Shown here one piece after another: positions 33,922-44,288 of a stretch of DNA of 64,000 bases. The stretch comes from Histomonas meleagridis 2922-C6/04-290x (lineage: Eukaryota; Protista; Parabasalia). The notes under the pieces are model-generated. The model saw only the letters and a list, made by a program, of their open reading frames with translations, had not been told where the DNA came from and ran no database searches. Both the position numbers and the translations under genes were made by a program. The stretch covers positions 124,001 through 188,000 of the forward strand of contig JAANOX010000032.1 of assembly GCA_020184695.1 (NCBI GenBank), read 5' to 3'. The stretch's first letter is position 1. Each line of letters begins with the position of its first letter.

Positions 33922-34341
33922 GATATTTATCTTATGAATATAAAATAAATAATTTGGTATAACAAAATATTTAAAAGCATGTTCTTTCATTAATGAAAGC
34001 ACGATCCTACTAGAGTGAATTTTTTTTGTTTTTCTCAATGAATATTAAATATTTTTCAAAATAACTTATAACCAAGTCATATCCCCTATATTCGTTTTTA
34101 CTATTAAGATATACAATAAAAATCAGTTTTCATTTTATATATATATAACAAAAATAAATGTTTTAAGAAGTGCTGAGACATTCTATATAGTTATATCATG
34201 TTAAACCTTTTGTATCTAGGAGCTTTTTAGTTCCACTTACAAACATTAATCTGCAACAGAAACTTATTTATGGGGTGCCCCATATTTCGATGCTTGTTCA
34301 AAAAATGCCAAGCAAAATTTGTAAAATCAACATTTAAATTT

Positions 34342-35421
34342 ATGGCTTTCACTTGGATATATACAGTACGGAGAGGAGATACTCTTTCTGAAATTGTCGA
34401 AAGAGAACTTGATGTATCATGGTATCGCACTAATGTGAAAAGTGAAATTCAGCGCCTTAATCCAGGAATTAATGTTAATCTAATTTTTCCAGGACAACAA
34501 ATCAGAATGCCAGAAGGAAAAATTAGAGAAAGAATACGATTAGAAAATGAAAAGAAAAGAAGGGCACAAGAAGAACAGAGAAGAAGACAACAAGAAATAA
34601 TCAGGAAACAACAGGAGGAAAAGGCAAGAAAAGAGAACCAAAGGAAGGCACTATTGGACCAATATCGTAAAAAATCGGAAGTTGAAAATAACGCCAAAAA
34701 AAATCTTGATCAAAAAATATCACAAGCAAATCAAAATGCAGAAGCAGCAAAAAGACTTAAGAGAGAACTTGACACAAAAATTTCCCAAGCAAATCAAAAA
34801 GCAGAGGCCGCAAAACAAGCTAAAAGAGATTTAGATACGAAAATCTCTCAAGCAAATCAAAAAGCAGAGGCCGCAAAACAAGCCAAAAGAGATTTAGATG
34901 CAAAAATAACGCAAACAAACCAAAAAGCGGAAGCGTCAAAACAAGTCAAAAAAGATTTAGATTCCAAAATTGTTCAATCAAATCAAAAATCAGAAGCAAC
35001 AAAACAAGAAACAAAGCGTTTGGAGACAGAATTAGCGCAAACAAACCAAAAAATCGAATCAGTGAATCGTGAGAAAAATGATTTGACCACAAAAATTGCG
35101 CAAATAAATCAAAGAACAGAATCAGTAAAACATGAAGAAAAGAGTTTGGAAGCAGATGTTCAACAACTAAACCATAAAATCGAAGCCACAAAACAACTGA
35201 ATAAAGAATTAGAAGAAAAGTTAAAAGAAATAAACGAAAAGGAAGAAAAAGAAAACGAATCAACAAAACGTCTGAAAGAAGAAACAGAAGAAATAAATGA
35301 AAAAATCGAAAATGAAAAGCAAATAAATGAAAGTTTGGAATCCGAATTAGAACAATTGAAGAAGGCGCTGGAAAAATATCAAAATGATGGAAGCGACAAG
35401 TTACAGTTTTGTAAAAATTAG
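34342..35421 (+). CDS. LysM-domain protein with 21-aa coiled-coil repeats
   Basis: YTVRRGDTLSEIV...IQRLNPGINVNLIFPGQQIRMP is a LysM domain. The repeat is ISQANQKAEAAKQAKRDLDTK. The ORF is open from 34270; ATG 34342 is the likely start. Confidence 0.85.
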   Translation: MAFTWIYTVRRGDTLSEIVERELDVSWYRTNVKSEIQRLNPGINVNLIFPGQQIRMPEGKIRERIRLENEKKRRAQEEQRRRQQEIIRKQQEEKARKENQRKALLDQYRKKSEVENNAKKNLDQKISQANQNAEAAKRLKRELDTKISQANQKAEAAKQAKRDLDTKISQANQKAEAAKQAKRDLDAKITQTNQKAEASKQVKKDLDSKIVQSNQKSEATKQETKRLETELAQTNQKIESVNREKNDLTTKIAQINQRTESVKHEEKSLEADVQQLNHKIEATKQLNKELEEKLKEINEKEEKENESTKRLKEETEEINEKIENEKQINESLESELEQLKKALEKYQNDGSDKLQFCKN

Positions 35422-36679
35422 TAAAATGTAAAATGTAAAATGTGTATGAATTTGTTCACTCGTAAATAATAATTTATTGAATGGAAATGTCTTTTGTTTG
35501 ATATTAAAATGTTAAATATTTAACATAAATTGTTTAAAACAAAAAGAATTCGTCTTCAAATTGGCACTAAACGGATATGTTTATTATCGATGAAAGAGAT
35601 TTTTTAATAATTGTTCATGAAAAATAGAAAGAAAGATCAAATATATATATTATCAATAATTGTAAAATAATGAAGATCCAAAGCAAAAATATAAATTCAT
35701 TGTTATTTTGCCTGTAAAAAAGAATTTAAAACATTTTAAATACAATTTGAAGTGAATATTAATATGTAACGAATATAATTATCACATAAAAAAAGGGCTT
35801 ATCGTGAATCCAGGGCAAAAAAGTGCCCAACTTTTTTAATGGATTATATCCACTTTTTCATAACTAACCGTACCGATATAGGGCAAAAAAGTGACAGCAA
35901 TAATTTTCCATTCAATTCCTTAATTCAAAATTGTATTGCCTTCACAAATAATGAATACCCATTGAATAATTTTGGTTGTAAGATATATTTGAATGCATCC
36001 AAATAATTATATGTGTTGATACAATTTTTTGATGTGAAGTGTCAAAATATTTATGTCATCGTCAAATGTCATTTTGCTCCGAGTATTTATGAATGAAAAC
36101 TATTCATCCATTTTAATCAAATTATAAATGGTCGTGATCCCAGGGCAAAAAAGTGTCATCAAGATCAATTGTAATGAATATTTTCTATTCGTATTTTTAT
36201 GCCAACGAATAATTTACTGAAATTAGATATTATTGCAATATTCATGAGGATTCCATTATTAGTTTGACATTATGAGAAGATGTCGTGATTGTCGAAACCA
36301 AATGCATTTCCTTTCTAGATTATAATTAAATATTATTATTATTGCTTAGTTATGTTGTTTTATTAATTTGAATATTATAGATCTTGAAACACAACATTAT
36401 TCGATGAGATATTGTATTGAAAATCTATTTTATAAAGTATAACAAAATAGGTATGATATCTCTGTTTCTTATGTTAATCCATCAAAATATATTGTGGATT
36501 CAAGAAATTTATATAATTTATTAATTTTATTTATTTAATATAATTTTATATTTGTTTTTATTTTTCTCTTTTCCTTGTTCATATCTTATACGATCCTTTA
36601 TTGATTAATTTATTATTTTTTATGTGTATTTTCACTTAATTTCATTTTTATAGCAGCAATCCTATCTATCTTTTTTATT

Positions 36680-37075
36680 TTTTTTGTTTATCTTTTATCA
36701 TTCTTTTCTCATTTCATTTATCATCTTTTTTGCTTATCTTTCATCATTCTTTCTCTTTACTTTCATTATTCTTTTTGTTTATCATTCAGCATTCTTTGGG
36801 TTTATCTTTCATTATTCTTTTCTCTTTACTTTCATCATTCTTTTTGTTTATCTTTCATTATTCTTTTTGCTTTTCTTTCAGCATTCTTTTCTCTTTACTT
36901 TCATCATTCTTTGAGTTTATCTTTCATTATTCTTTGCGTTTATCTTTTATCATTCTTTTCTCTTTACTTTTGTTATTCTTTTTGTTTATATTTCATCATT
37001 CTTTTTGTTTATCTTTCAGCATCCTTTTTGTTTATCATTTAGCATTCTTTTTGTTTATCTTTCATCATTCTTTTC
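36680..37075. repeat. Degenerate tandem repeat (about 20-22 nt units) inside the MULE, downstream of the transposase
   Basis: TTTATCTTTCATCATTC and TTTTCTCTTTACTTTCATCATTC units recur. The hydrophobic ORFs in the track are artefacts of this repeat. Confidence 0.75.
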
Positions 37076-37121
37076 TTTTTATTATTATTTCCCACTGCTT
37101 TATATTTGTCTAATTCTCTTA

Positions 37122-38959
37122 TTATAGTTTACATGTTGCTGAGTTATGTCCTTCTTTCCCACATTTATGGCATCGATATGTTCTTTTTGTTTTATGTGCA
37201 CCGCATTTTTTTTGGTGATCAACAAATAAAGCTTGTTTTGTGATTGGTTGACCTCTCTGTGCGATAAATTCAGGCGATCCTGTGGAACATATTTTTAAAT
37301 TGTTAAATCCTATTAAAAGATCGTCAAATAATTTTCGTATTTCTGGATTTCTATTTGCCTCTGCTGCTATTGGAGATACCATATCCATAAGATTTGTATA
37401 CTTATACATATTATAATTATTATTTACTGCAACTTGCACGGTTTGAATTTCTGTTTCTTCTGTTTCATCAAAATGCTGTGTGAAAAAAATGTCTGGAATA
37501 TCTTCTTCCTTGACCAAAGGAAATAGTTAAGCTTTATACCTATTAAACAATATGTGGCAACAAGGTAAACCAAATTCTGTTTTAACTTTACAATTACAAT
37601 CTTCTGAATTAATACTATTTAATGATGGAGAAATCTGTACATATACTTTTATAATATTATTCATTTTTTCATATTCAGTATTTAAGATATTAGAACATAA
37701 ATTACCAAGTTGCTTACCGTGATATAAATTTAAATTGATTTGAATTCTCTCTGTTGCAATATTTTTTTTAATAAGCATTCCTGCTAGTAATAAAAATGCA
37801 TCAATGATATCTTTTGATGTAACAATTTTATGATCTATTCAATTTTTAATTGTAGAAAAATTTCCTTCTGCTAAATTCGAAGTATAATGATTTCTTAGTC
37901 TATAATGAGCTAATATCTCCGGATCATAATACTTAAGATGTTTCAATAATAACTGCAAATGAGGTTTTTCTCTCGTATTTTTTTGGATTTCATTATTAAT
38001 AAGTGAAACGAAATCTGATGCTTGCATATTTCCATGAAATAATTTTATTAGCGTTTGATATATTACTGAATTAACACCACAATGATCTGATACATTTCTC
38101 AATATATGAACTCTACAAAATACAATCTTTGAAGTTTTATAAACATATTTAATCGCTTTTCTTTGATATTCCAGTCGATCACATATAAATATTCTAAAAT
38201 TAATATATTTGGAAAGAATAATTAAAAAATCAACAATATCATTGAATGTTTTCCCCAATAAAATACCTAAAGCAATCATTTGAGCTTTGTCATTCTCGTC
38301 GTAGCAATTACATAAAATAATTGGATACCTGTACTTATTAGTACACATAGTATCGTCCATCACACAGATATCTTGTGCATAGGGTTTGGATATAATGGAG
38401 CTATTAATTAAAGTTAAACCATCAAATTCATCATCTTTTTTTTAATATGTCACAATATACTTCTTACTCCATTCTTGAGATTCCGCTTCAAGTTGTTCGA
38501 TTTCATTTATAAATGTTTATTCTAGAGCATTTCTTGAATAGTTGTATAGTTGATTTGAAGAAATTGATAAATTCAAATTTTTTCAAATAAAATATGGCGA
38601 AGCACCTTTAGAACGCAAATCATCAATTTTTTTTTTTGTTTTGAAGTAAGAAGGCAAAAAAAACTTTCAAGGTATCTCTTATCCATAGAGTGATTGTGAA
38701 TCCATTCACCCGAACAATTACATAGGATTGAATCTCTGAACTTCACACTGAAGTGGCTTGGGCAATCCTTGAACCTGCACTTATAATAACAAACATATGA
38801 TGTAATGTCTCTTTTTTTGGACTCAACAATTGAATATGCACATCGATGGATCGCCATTTGGTCTTTGATATCGATTCTGATATCATCAAAAGCACTCATC
38901 CCAATTCTCCCTTTAATATAATCAATGAATTCAATGGGGGTGCTTTCTTTTATTTCCAT
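37122..38959 (-). pseudogene. Disrupted MULE transposase: N-terminal Zn/WRKY-like domain, DDE core, SWIM finger, CCHC knuckle
   Basis: C..CRFKDC...HNH; DDTMCTNKYRYP; CRVH; CNC...GLPCCH; CHKCGKEGHNSATC. The pieces join into one frame with five in-frame stops and one A-run frameshift near 38630. Confidence 0.9.
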
Positions 38960-39818
38960 TTCTATCTGCAAATTTATAAATAAACGGTTTTGTCCGGACG
39001 GTTATGTTGTTTTCCAATTAGACCTAACCCGTAACAAATGTAAAACCAAGAGTAGGAAATCAACAAATGTGATCAATACTTCATTGAAACGCAGACCTTT
39101 ATAAAATCTGTTTAACCAGTGAACTTAAGTGGAAAAAATGGAATAATTAAAAAAAAGATATCAACAATTATTAGTTTGAAAAAACAAAAAAATGAGAGTT
39201 ATCGCTGGTCTTAAGGTCATTGCTGTTATTGTGTTCTAAAAAAATGTGTTGTTTGAGTTTGATTACTGATCGATTATCAGAGAGAAAGAATATTAGGACA
39301 TAGAATGAAACAAACCATTTAACACTTGTGCTTCGAAATCAATAGTTGTGGTCGGATGGGATGTTGGTGGACCTAAATTCAATATTCGAAAATGTCAAGA
39401 CCATGACCAGTCCAAATGGCAAAATGTAGTAGTGATCATCTTCATATTGGCCCCCTTGAATTGAAACACAAGATCAATCTTTGGTTAAACAACTTTCAGG
39501 AAGATGCATTGAGGCTTTGGCTTAAATGAACTTTTGGCGCCACGTTTATTTTGACAAAATCACGCGCCTTCTGATATTTTGCCACTGCAAAGAAAAATTC
39601 AATGGCCCACAAACGCATTCAATTTTTTTCTGAGATGATTGAGAGTGTTTTTTGGTTGGCACTTTTTTGCCCTGCGCATTATCGTTTTTCTCTCAAAGAT
39701 ATTCAAAATGCTTGTCACTTTTTTGCCCTGCATTTACGATTTTCCTAAAAAAAGTATTTTTTTTTACTACAAAATCAATAAAATTTAATATAAATGTTTG
39801 TTTTGTTGACTAATGTAT

Positions 39819-39884
39819 TTATTGTGTTGTTGCTGCTTGAGCTGCTTTGCCATGTGATTCGCATGTTTCAACCCACATCTGGAT
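39819..39884 (-). pseudogene. Duplicated 3-prime end of the methyltransferase-like gene at 43710
   Basis: Encodes IQMWVETCESHGKAAQAATTQ*, identical to the end of 43710..44222. Confidence 0.85.
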
Positions 39885-39995
39885 TGTGTAAAAATTAGGA
39901 AAGATGGATCGCTCAGTTTTTAATTTTTTAATTTTTATTTTCTTATACATAATGAAAAATTTAAATAAGTATTAAAATGAATGCTTTCAATATTT

Positions 39996-40400
39996 TTACT
40001 TACCAAATGTTTTGTTTAAATATGTTCGTCGAACATGAACAATATTCGTTGAAATATTAATAAATGATTGAGGTTCAATTATTGGTGAAATTTCGCCTAA
40101 ATAATATATACATTTAAGATTAAAACAATTAATAAATGAATAATTCGAAATATTCGTGATATTTTCTCCAAAAATAATATTTTCTAAATATTTAATATTT
40201 GAAAATGAATATTCATAAATATTTCGAATTGAATTTGGTATGGAAAATGTATCATTTTCTTTCCCTGCTGGATAAATTATGATTCTCGTTATGTTTTTAT
40301 TATAAACAATACCATCTCCTTGATAATTAGAATATTCAATATTATCTTCTTTTATTTTAATATTTCGAAGGTTACAACCTGTACAGGCATTTTCACATGT
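39996..40400 (-). pseudogene. BspA-type LRR gene relic not in the ORF track
   Basis: My translation is ENACTGCNLRNIKIKEDNIEYSNYQGDGIVYNKNITRIIIYPAGKENDTFSIPNS...IFGENITNISNYSFINCFNLKCIYYLGEISP...KTFGK*, collinear with 9300-9690. Confidence 0.8.
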
Positions 40401-40539
40401 GTCAGTTCTGTTATTTTTGTTTCAATATTTGCAGGAATTATTTGATCATTCATAAGTGATTCCAGATTTTAATGCACTTTTTTATTACAAAAGTGGCCAT
40501 AAAAAATACAAGAAATTAAAAGTATTTTAAACAATAAAA

Positions 40540-41742
40540 ATGGAAAATCAAAATTCAAAAATCCAATGGGAGAATCTCTTATCAATTCATCAAAAAGTTT
40601 TTAGTTTAAATAAAGAAAATATTATTCAATCAGCAAGTTTGATAATGAAAAAATTTGACCATATTTATCCATTATCTTTTAATATAATTATTAGTCAAAT
40701 AGTTTATTCATTCTTTGTTGCAAGAAAAAACTCATCTATTATATATTTAAGTTTCATAAATGAAATAGAAAAATTTGAGGAAAATAAAAATTTCAATTCC
40801 AAGATTATTGACGTGTTCTTACATTTTCTTAAGAGAAAAGACACACAGGAATCATATTATCTTATTAATGATATGATTGAAAATAATTTTATTGAACCAA
40901 AAATTGTTGAAAGTATTAATTATCCATTATTTGCACATTATATGTCATATCAAGAAATTGAAAATATAAAACATAAACATTTCACTCAAGAAGTCATTGA
41001 AAATTATGAAGTATTATCGAAGAATGATTGGGAACTTCATAAGAAATATATTAAAGAAGGACATAATCCAAATGAAATTGCGAAAATAATTCGAAATGAT
41101 GAAATAGAAAAACTTCAAGAAATATCATCACAAACAAATTTTAATTTTAATCAAAAAATTGAACCATCACTTTATGAAAGATGCTCTTTTATTAATCAAT
41201 ATAATGTATCATTAATTGATTATGCAGCCTTTTTTTCATCAGCAAAATGTTTTAAATATTTACTTATGAATAATGCAAAAGTATTTAATGCAGGTAAATT
41301 TGCAGTTGCAGGTGGAAATGAAGAAATCATTCATTTATGCGAACAACATTATTCATCATTTATAGATTCATGTCAAGTTGCAATTGAATTTCATCAATAT
41401 GATATCTTTAAATATATTTATGAAAATAAAATTATTAGATTAATAAACTTGGAAGAATTGGGCGAAAAATGTGTTTTATTTCATAACTATGAAATTTTAT
41501 CATATTTACTTGGAGAAGGAATGAAAATTAAAGACGACATTATTAATAAATCAGCAAAAATTGGTAATTTATATCTTGTAAAACATTTTCTTGAGGAAAA
41601 TTTGCCACCAGAAAGTATTTTAATATTTTCTTCATTATCAGAAAATATCGAACTTGTCAATTTACTTCTTAAACATAAAGGAATTGAAATCAATGCTAAA
41701 GATTTTTGTTTCTTTTGTTTAAATTTTGTAATATTGATTTGA
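40540..41742 (+). CDS. DUF3447-type ankyrin-family protein; the ORF stops in the first spacer
   Basis: Same family motifs as 18814..19911. The first spacer, 41704-41783, is 80 nt. Confidence 0.85.
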   Translation: MENQNSKIQWENLLSIHQKVFSLNKENIIQSASLIMKKFDHIYPLSFNIIISQIVYSFFVARKNSSIIYLSFINEIEKFEENKNFNSKIIDVFLHFLKRKDTQESYYLINDMIENNFIEPKIVESINYPLFAHYMSYQEIENIKHKHFTQEVIENYEVLSKNDWELHKKYIKEGHNPNEIAKIIRNDEIEKLQEISSQTNFNFNQKIEPSLYERCSFINQYNVSLIDYAAFFSSAKCFKYLLMNNAKVFNAGKFAVAGGNEEIIHLCEQHYSSFIDSCQVAIEFHQYDIFKYIYENKIIRLINLEELGEKCVLFHNYEILSYLLGEGMKIKDDIINKSAKIGNLYLVKHFLEENLPPESILIFSSLSENIELVNLLLKHKGIEINAKDFCFFCLNFVILI

Positions 41743-42830
41743 TATTTCAAAATAATATTTGGATATTATTCAAATTATTTAATACAGTACATATGTATGG
41801 TTCTTATAATGGTCATATGGAAATAGTTAATTTACTTCTTAAACAAGAAGGAATAGAAATCAATGCTAAAGATATTTGTTCTTTTTGTTTAAATTTTATA
41901 TGATTAATTTAATGTTTCAAAATATTGTATGGAAATTATTCAAATTATTTAATATAGCGCATATGCATTCATTTTGTGATAATCCTATGGAAATAGTTGA
42001 TATACATATTAAACAAGAAGGAATTGATATTAATGCTAAAGATATTTATTTGTTTTATTTGATATTTATTTTAATAATTTTATATTTTAAAATAATATTT
42101 GGAAATTATTTAAAATACTTAAAACAGCGCTTATCAAAGCATCTGAAAGTGGTCATACAGAAATAGTTAAATTACTTCTTGAACAAGAAGGAATTGATAT
42201 TAATGCTAAAGATATTTATTTATTTTATTTAATATTTATTATAATAATTTTATATTTCAAAATAATATATGGAAATTATTTCAAATATTTAATACAACAC
42301 TTATTAAAGCATCTTCATGGAATCATATAGAAATAGTTAAATTACTTCTTGAACAAGAAGGAATTGATATTAATGCTAAAGACATGATTTATTTTTATAA
42401 TTTTATATATCAATATAATATTTGGAATTTATCTTATTTATTTGAAACAGCACTTATGAAAGCATCTTATGAAGGTTTCACAGAAGTCGTTAAATTACTT
42501 CTTGAACAAGAAGGAATTGATATTAATGCTAAAGATATTTATTTGTTGCGCTTGAAACTTATTTTAATCATATGATATCTCAAAATAGTATTTGGAAATT
42601 ATTTCAATTATTTGAAACAGCACTTATGAAAGCATCTGATGGAAGTCACACAGAAATCGTTAAATTACTTCTTGATCAAAATGGTTTGGTTTTTAATAAA
42701 AATGTTTATATATTTTATTTAATGTTAACTTTTATAATTTGATATTTTAAAACAATATTTGGAAATCGTTTAAATTGTTTAAAACAGTGCTTATTAATGC
42801 GTCTGAAAATGATCAAACAGAAAGAGTTTA
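41704..42830 (+). repeat. Array of 7 ankyrin cassettes with frame-breaking spacers
   Basis: T-codon anchors at 41784, 41954, 42124, 42294, 42447, 42617 and 42784. The last cassettes are degenerate. Confidence 0.9.
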
Positions 42831-43219
42831 AGGCGTAGTCCATCCAGATATAAATTGAATATAGAATTAAAATATCTCAATAAAATTTAAACAAATGTTA
42901 ATGTAACATTATATAAACATTTTGCTCTGATTATTATTTCAAATTGCAAGAATATTTTCATTGCATGATCGCTCAGAAAGCAAATAAATTTCTTCATTAA
43001 AGGTTATTCCATTTTTATCATTTTTTATTGTAAATTAAGTATGTATCTATATGAAAACCATTGTTTGTATATCGCCAACTAATAGTTTGTGGATTTTTAT
43101 CCCTGCATTTACTACTCGAATAATTTTATCATTGATTTTCGGAAATGAGCCAAAATCAATAAATTATGCATAAGAAAAAACACAAAAGAATAAATATTTG
43201 TGAAAATTGAATAATTTTA

Positions 43220-43775
43220 TCAAAATAATGGAAGCGACAAGTTACAGTTTTGTAAAAATTAGTAAAATGTAAAATGTAAAATGTAAAATGTGTATGAATT
43301 TGTTCACTCGTAAATAATAATTTATTGAATGGAAATGTCTTTTGTTTGATATTAAAATGTTAAATATTTAACATAAATTGTTTAAAACAAAAAGAATTCG
43401 TCTTCAAATTGGCACTAAACGGATATGTTTATTATCGATGAAAGAGATTTTTTAATAATTGTTCATGAAAAAAATAGAAAGAAAGATCAAATATATATAT
43501 TATCAATAATTGTAAAATAATGAAGATCCAAAGCAAAAATATAAATTCATTGTTATTTTGCCTGTAAAAAAGAATTTAAAACATTTTAAATACAATTTGA
43601 AGTGAATATTAATATGTAACGAATATAATTATCACATAAAAAAAGTATTTTTTTTTACTACAAAATCAATAAAATTTAATATAAATGTTTGTTTAGTTGA
43701 CTAATGTATTTATTGTGTTGTTGCTGCTTGAGCTGCTTTGCCATGTGATTCGCATGTTTCAACCCACATCTGGAT
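43220..43775 (+). repeat. Duplicate of the LysM 3-prime end and intergenic region, containing the empty MULE site
   Basis: About 43220-43645 matches about 35379-35795, and 43637-43775 matches 39746-39884. Confidence 0.9.
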
Positions 43776-44222
43776 CAGGAAAGATACAATCCAAAATCCT
43801 GTGATTCCTGTGAGTTCGTGTGTGTGATTACATGAGAACCATAGTCCGAATAAAAGTAGAATAAATCCTTTGTATTGAACATGTCCTAAATTGAAAGGAA
43901 ATGACTTAATTTTCATGTCGCTGACTTTGCCCATTTCTACACCAAAGAATGTTCTGATGGGACCAAGTTTATGATATGAATAACCAATTAGGAAAATTCC
44001 AAGAAGAATAAATGGTATGCCAATTATAAGAGCCTGTGGTCTTGGTTTGGCTTGGAAACATAAAATTAAGAAAAGACTTAAATTTATAATATTAATTGAA
44101 AACCACCAAACTATAAGTTGATCTTGTGAAAAATGTTCTTGAAAATTGTCAGGATATAAATAAGCCCATGATGATGCTAGATTTGAAAAAACAATTGTTG
44201 GTATTATAACAATCCAAAGCAT
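43710..44222 (-). CDS. Phospholipid (PEMT/Opi3-like) membrane methyltransferase family protein
   Basis: Four or five hydrophobic segments with G..LIG.SY..LG...TFFG.E.G....IKSFPF..GH.QYKG. Confidence 0.65.
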   Translation of the reverse strand: MLWIVIIPTIVFSNLASSWAYLYPDNFQEHFSQDQLIVWWFSINIINLSLFLILCFQAKPRPQALIIGIPFILLGIFLIGYSYHKLGPIRTFFGVEMGKVSDMKIKSFPFNLGHVQYKGFILLLFGLWFSCNHTHELTGITGFWIVSFLIQMWVETCESHGKAAQAATTQ

Positions 44223-44288
44223 TGTTTCAATTGGCCAGAAAATTCACATCACATGTCTATTGTTAACGGACAAAAGCACGGACGTTAA

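Larger units (their letters stand above)
35796..39745 (-). mobile_element. Mutator-like DNA transposon (MULE), 3,950 bp, with TIRs and a 9-bp TSD
   Basis: Left end GGCTTATCGTGAATCCAGGGCAAAAAAGTG versus right-end reverse complement GGAAAATCGTAAATGCAGGGCAAAAAAGTG (25/30). TSD TAAAAAAAG at 35787-35795 and 39746-39754. The empty paralogous site is at 43637-43645. Subterminal AGGGCAAAAAAGTG copies lie near 35812, 35880, 36142 and, inverted, near 39658 and 39716. Confidence 0.93.

Noticed and set aside
32722-35421. Bacterial contamination
   Set aside because: Composition and Inr-like motif match the flanks, and the LysM 3-prime end is duplicated next to host genes at 43.2 kb.
37122-38959. Non-standard genetic code (TAA/TAG = Gln) inferred from in-frame stops in the transposase
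   Set aside because: Conserved genes here (Rac, RPL27, SEY1, ADAT1) end at TAA exactly where expected, and TGA stops also interrupt the transposase.
42044-42127. Canonical GT-AG intron from the GTTTTATTT at spacer nt 9 to ...AAACAG
   Set aside because: The junction leaves 2+2 nt (out of frame) and deletes the conserved Thr. Many spacers lack the GT, several cassettes (ACT CCA, ACA CCA, ACA TCA) lack the AG, and there is no ACTAAC branch motif.
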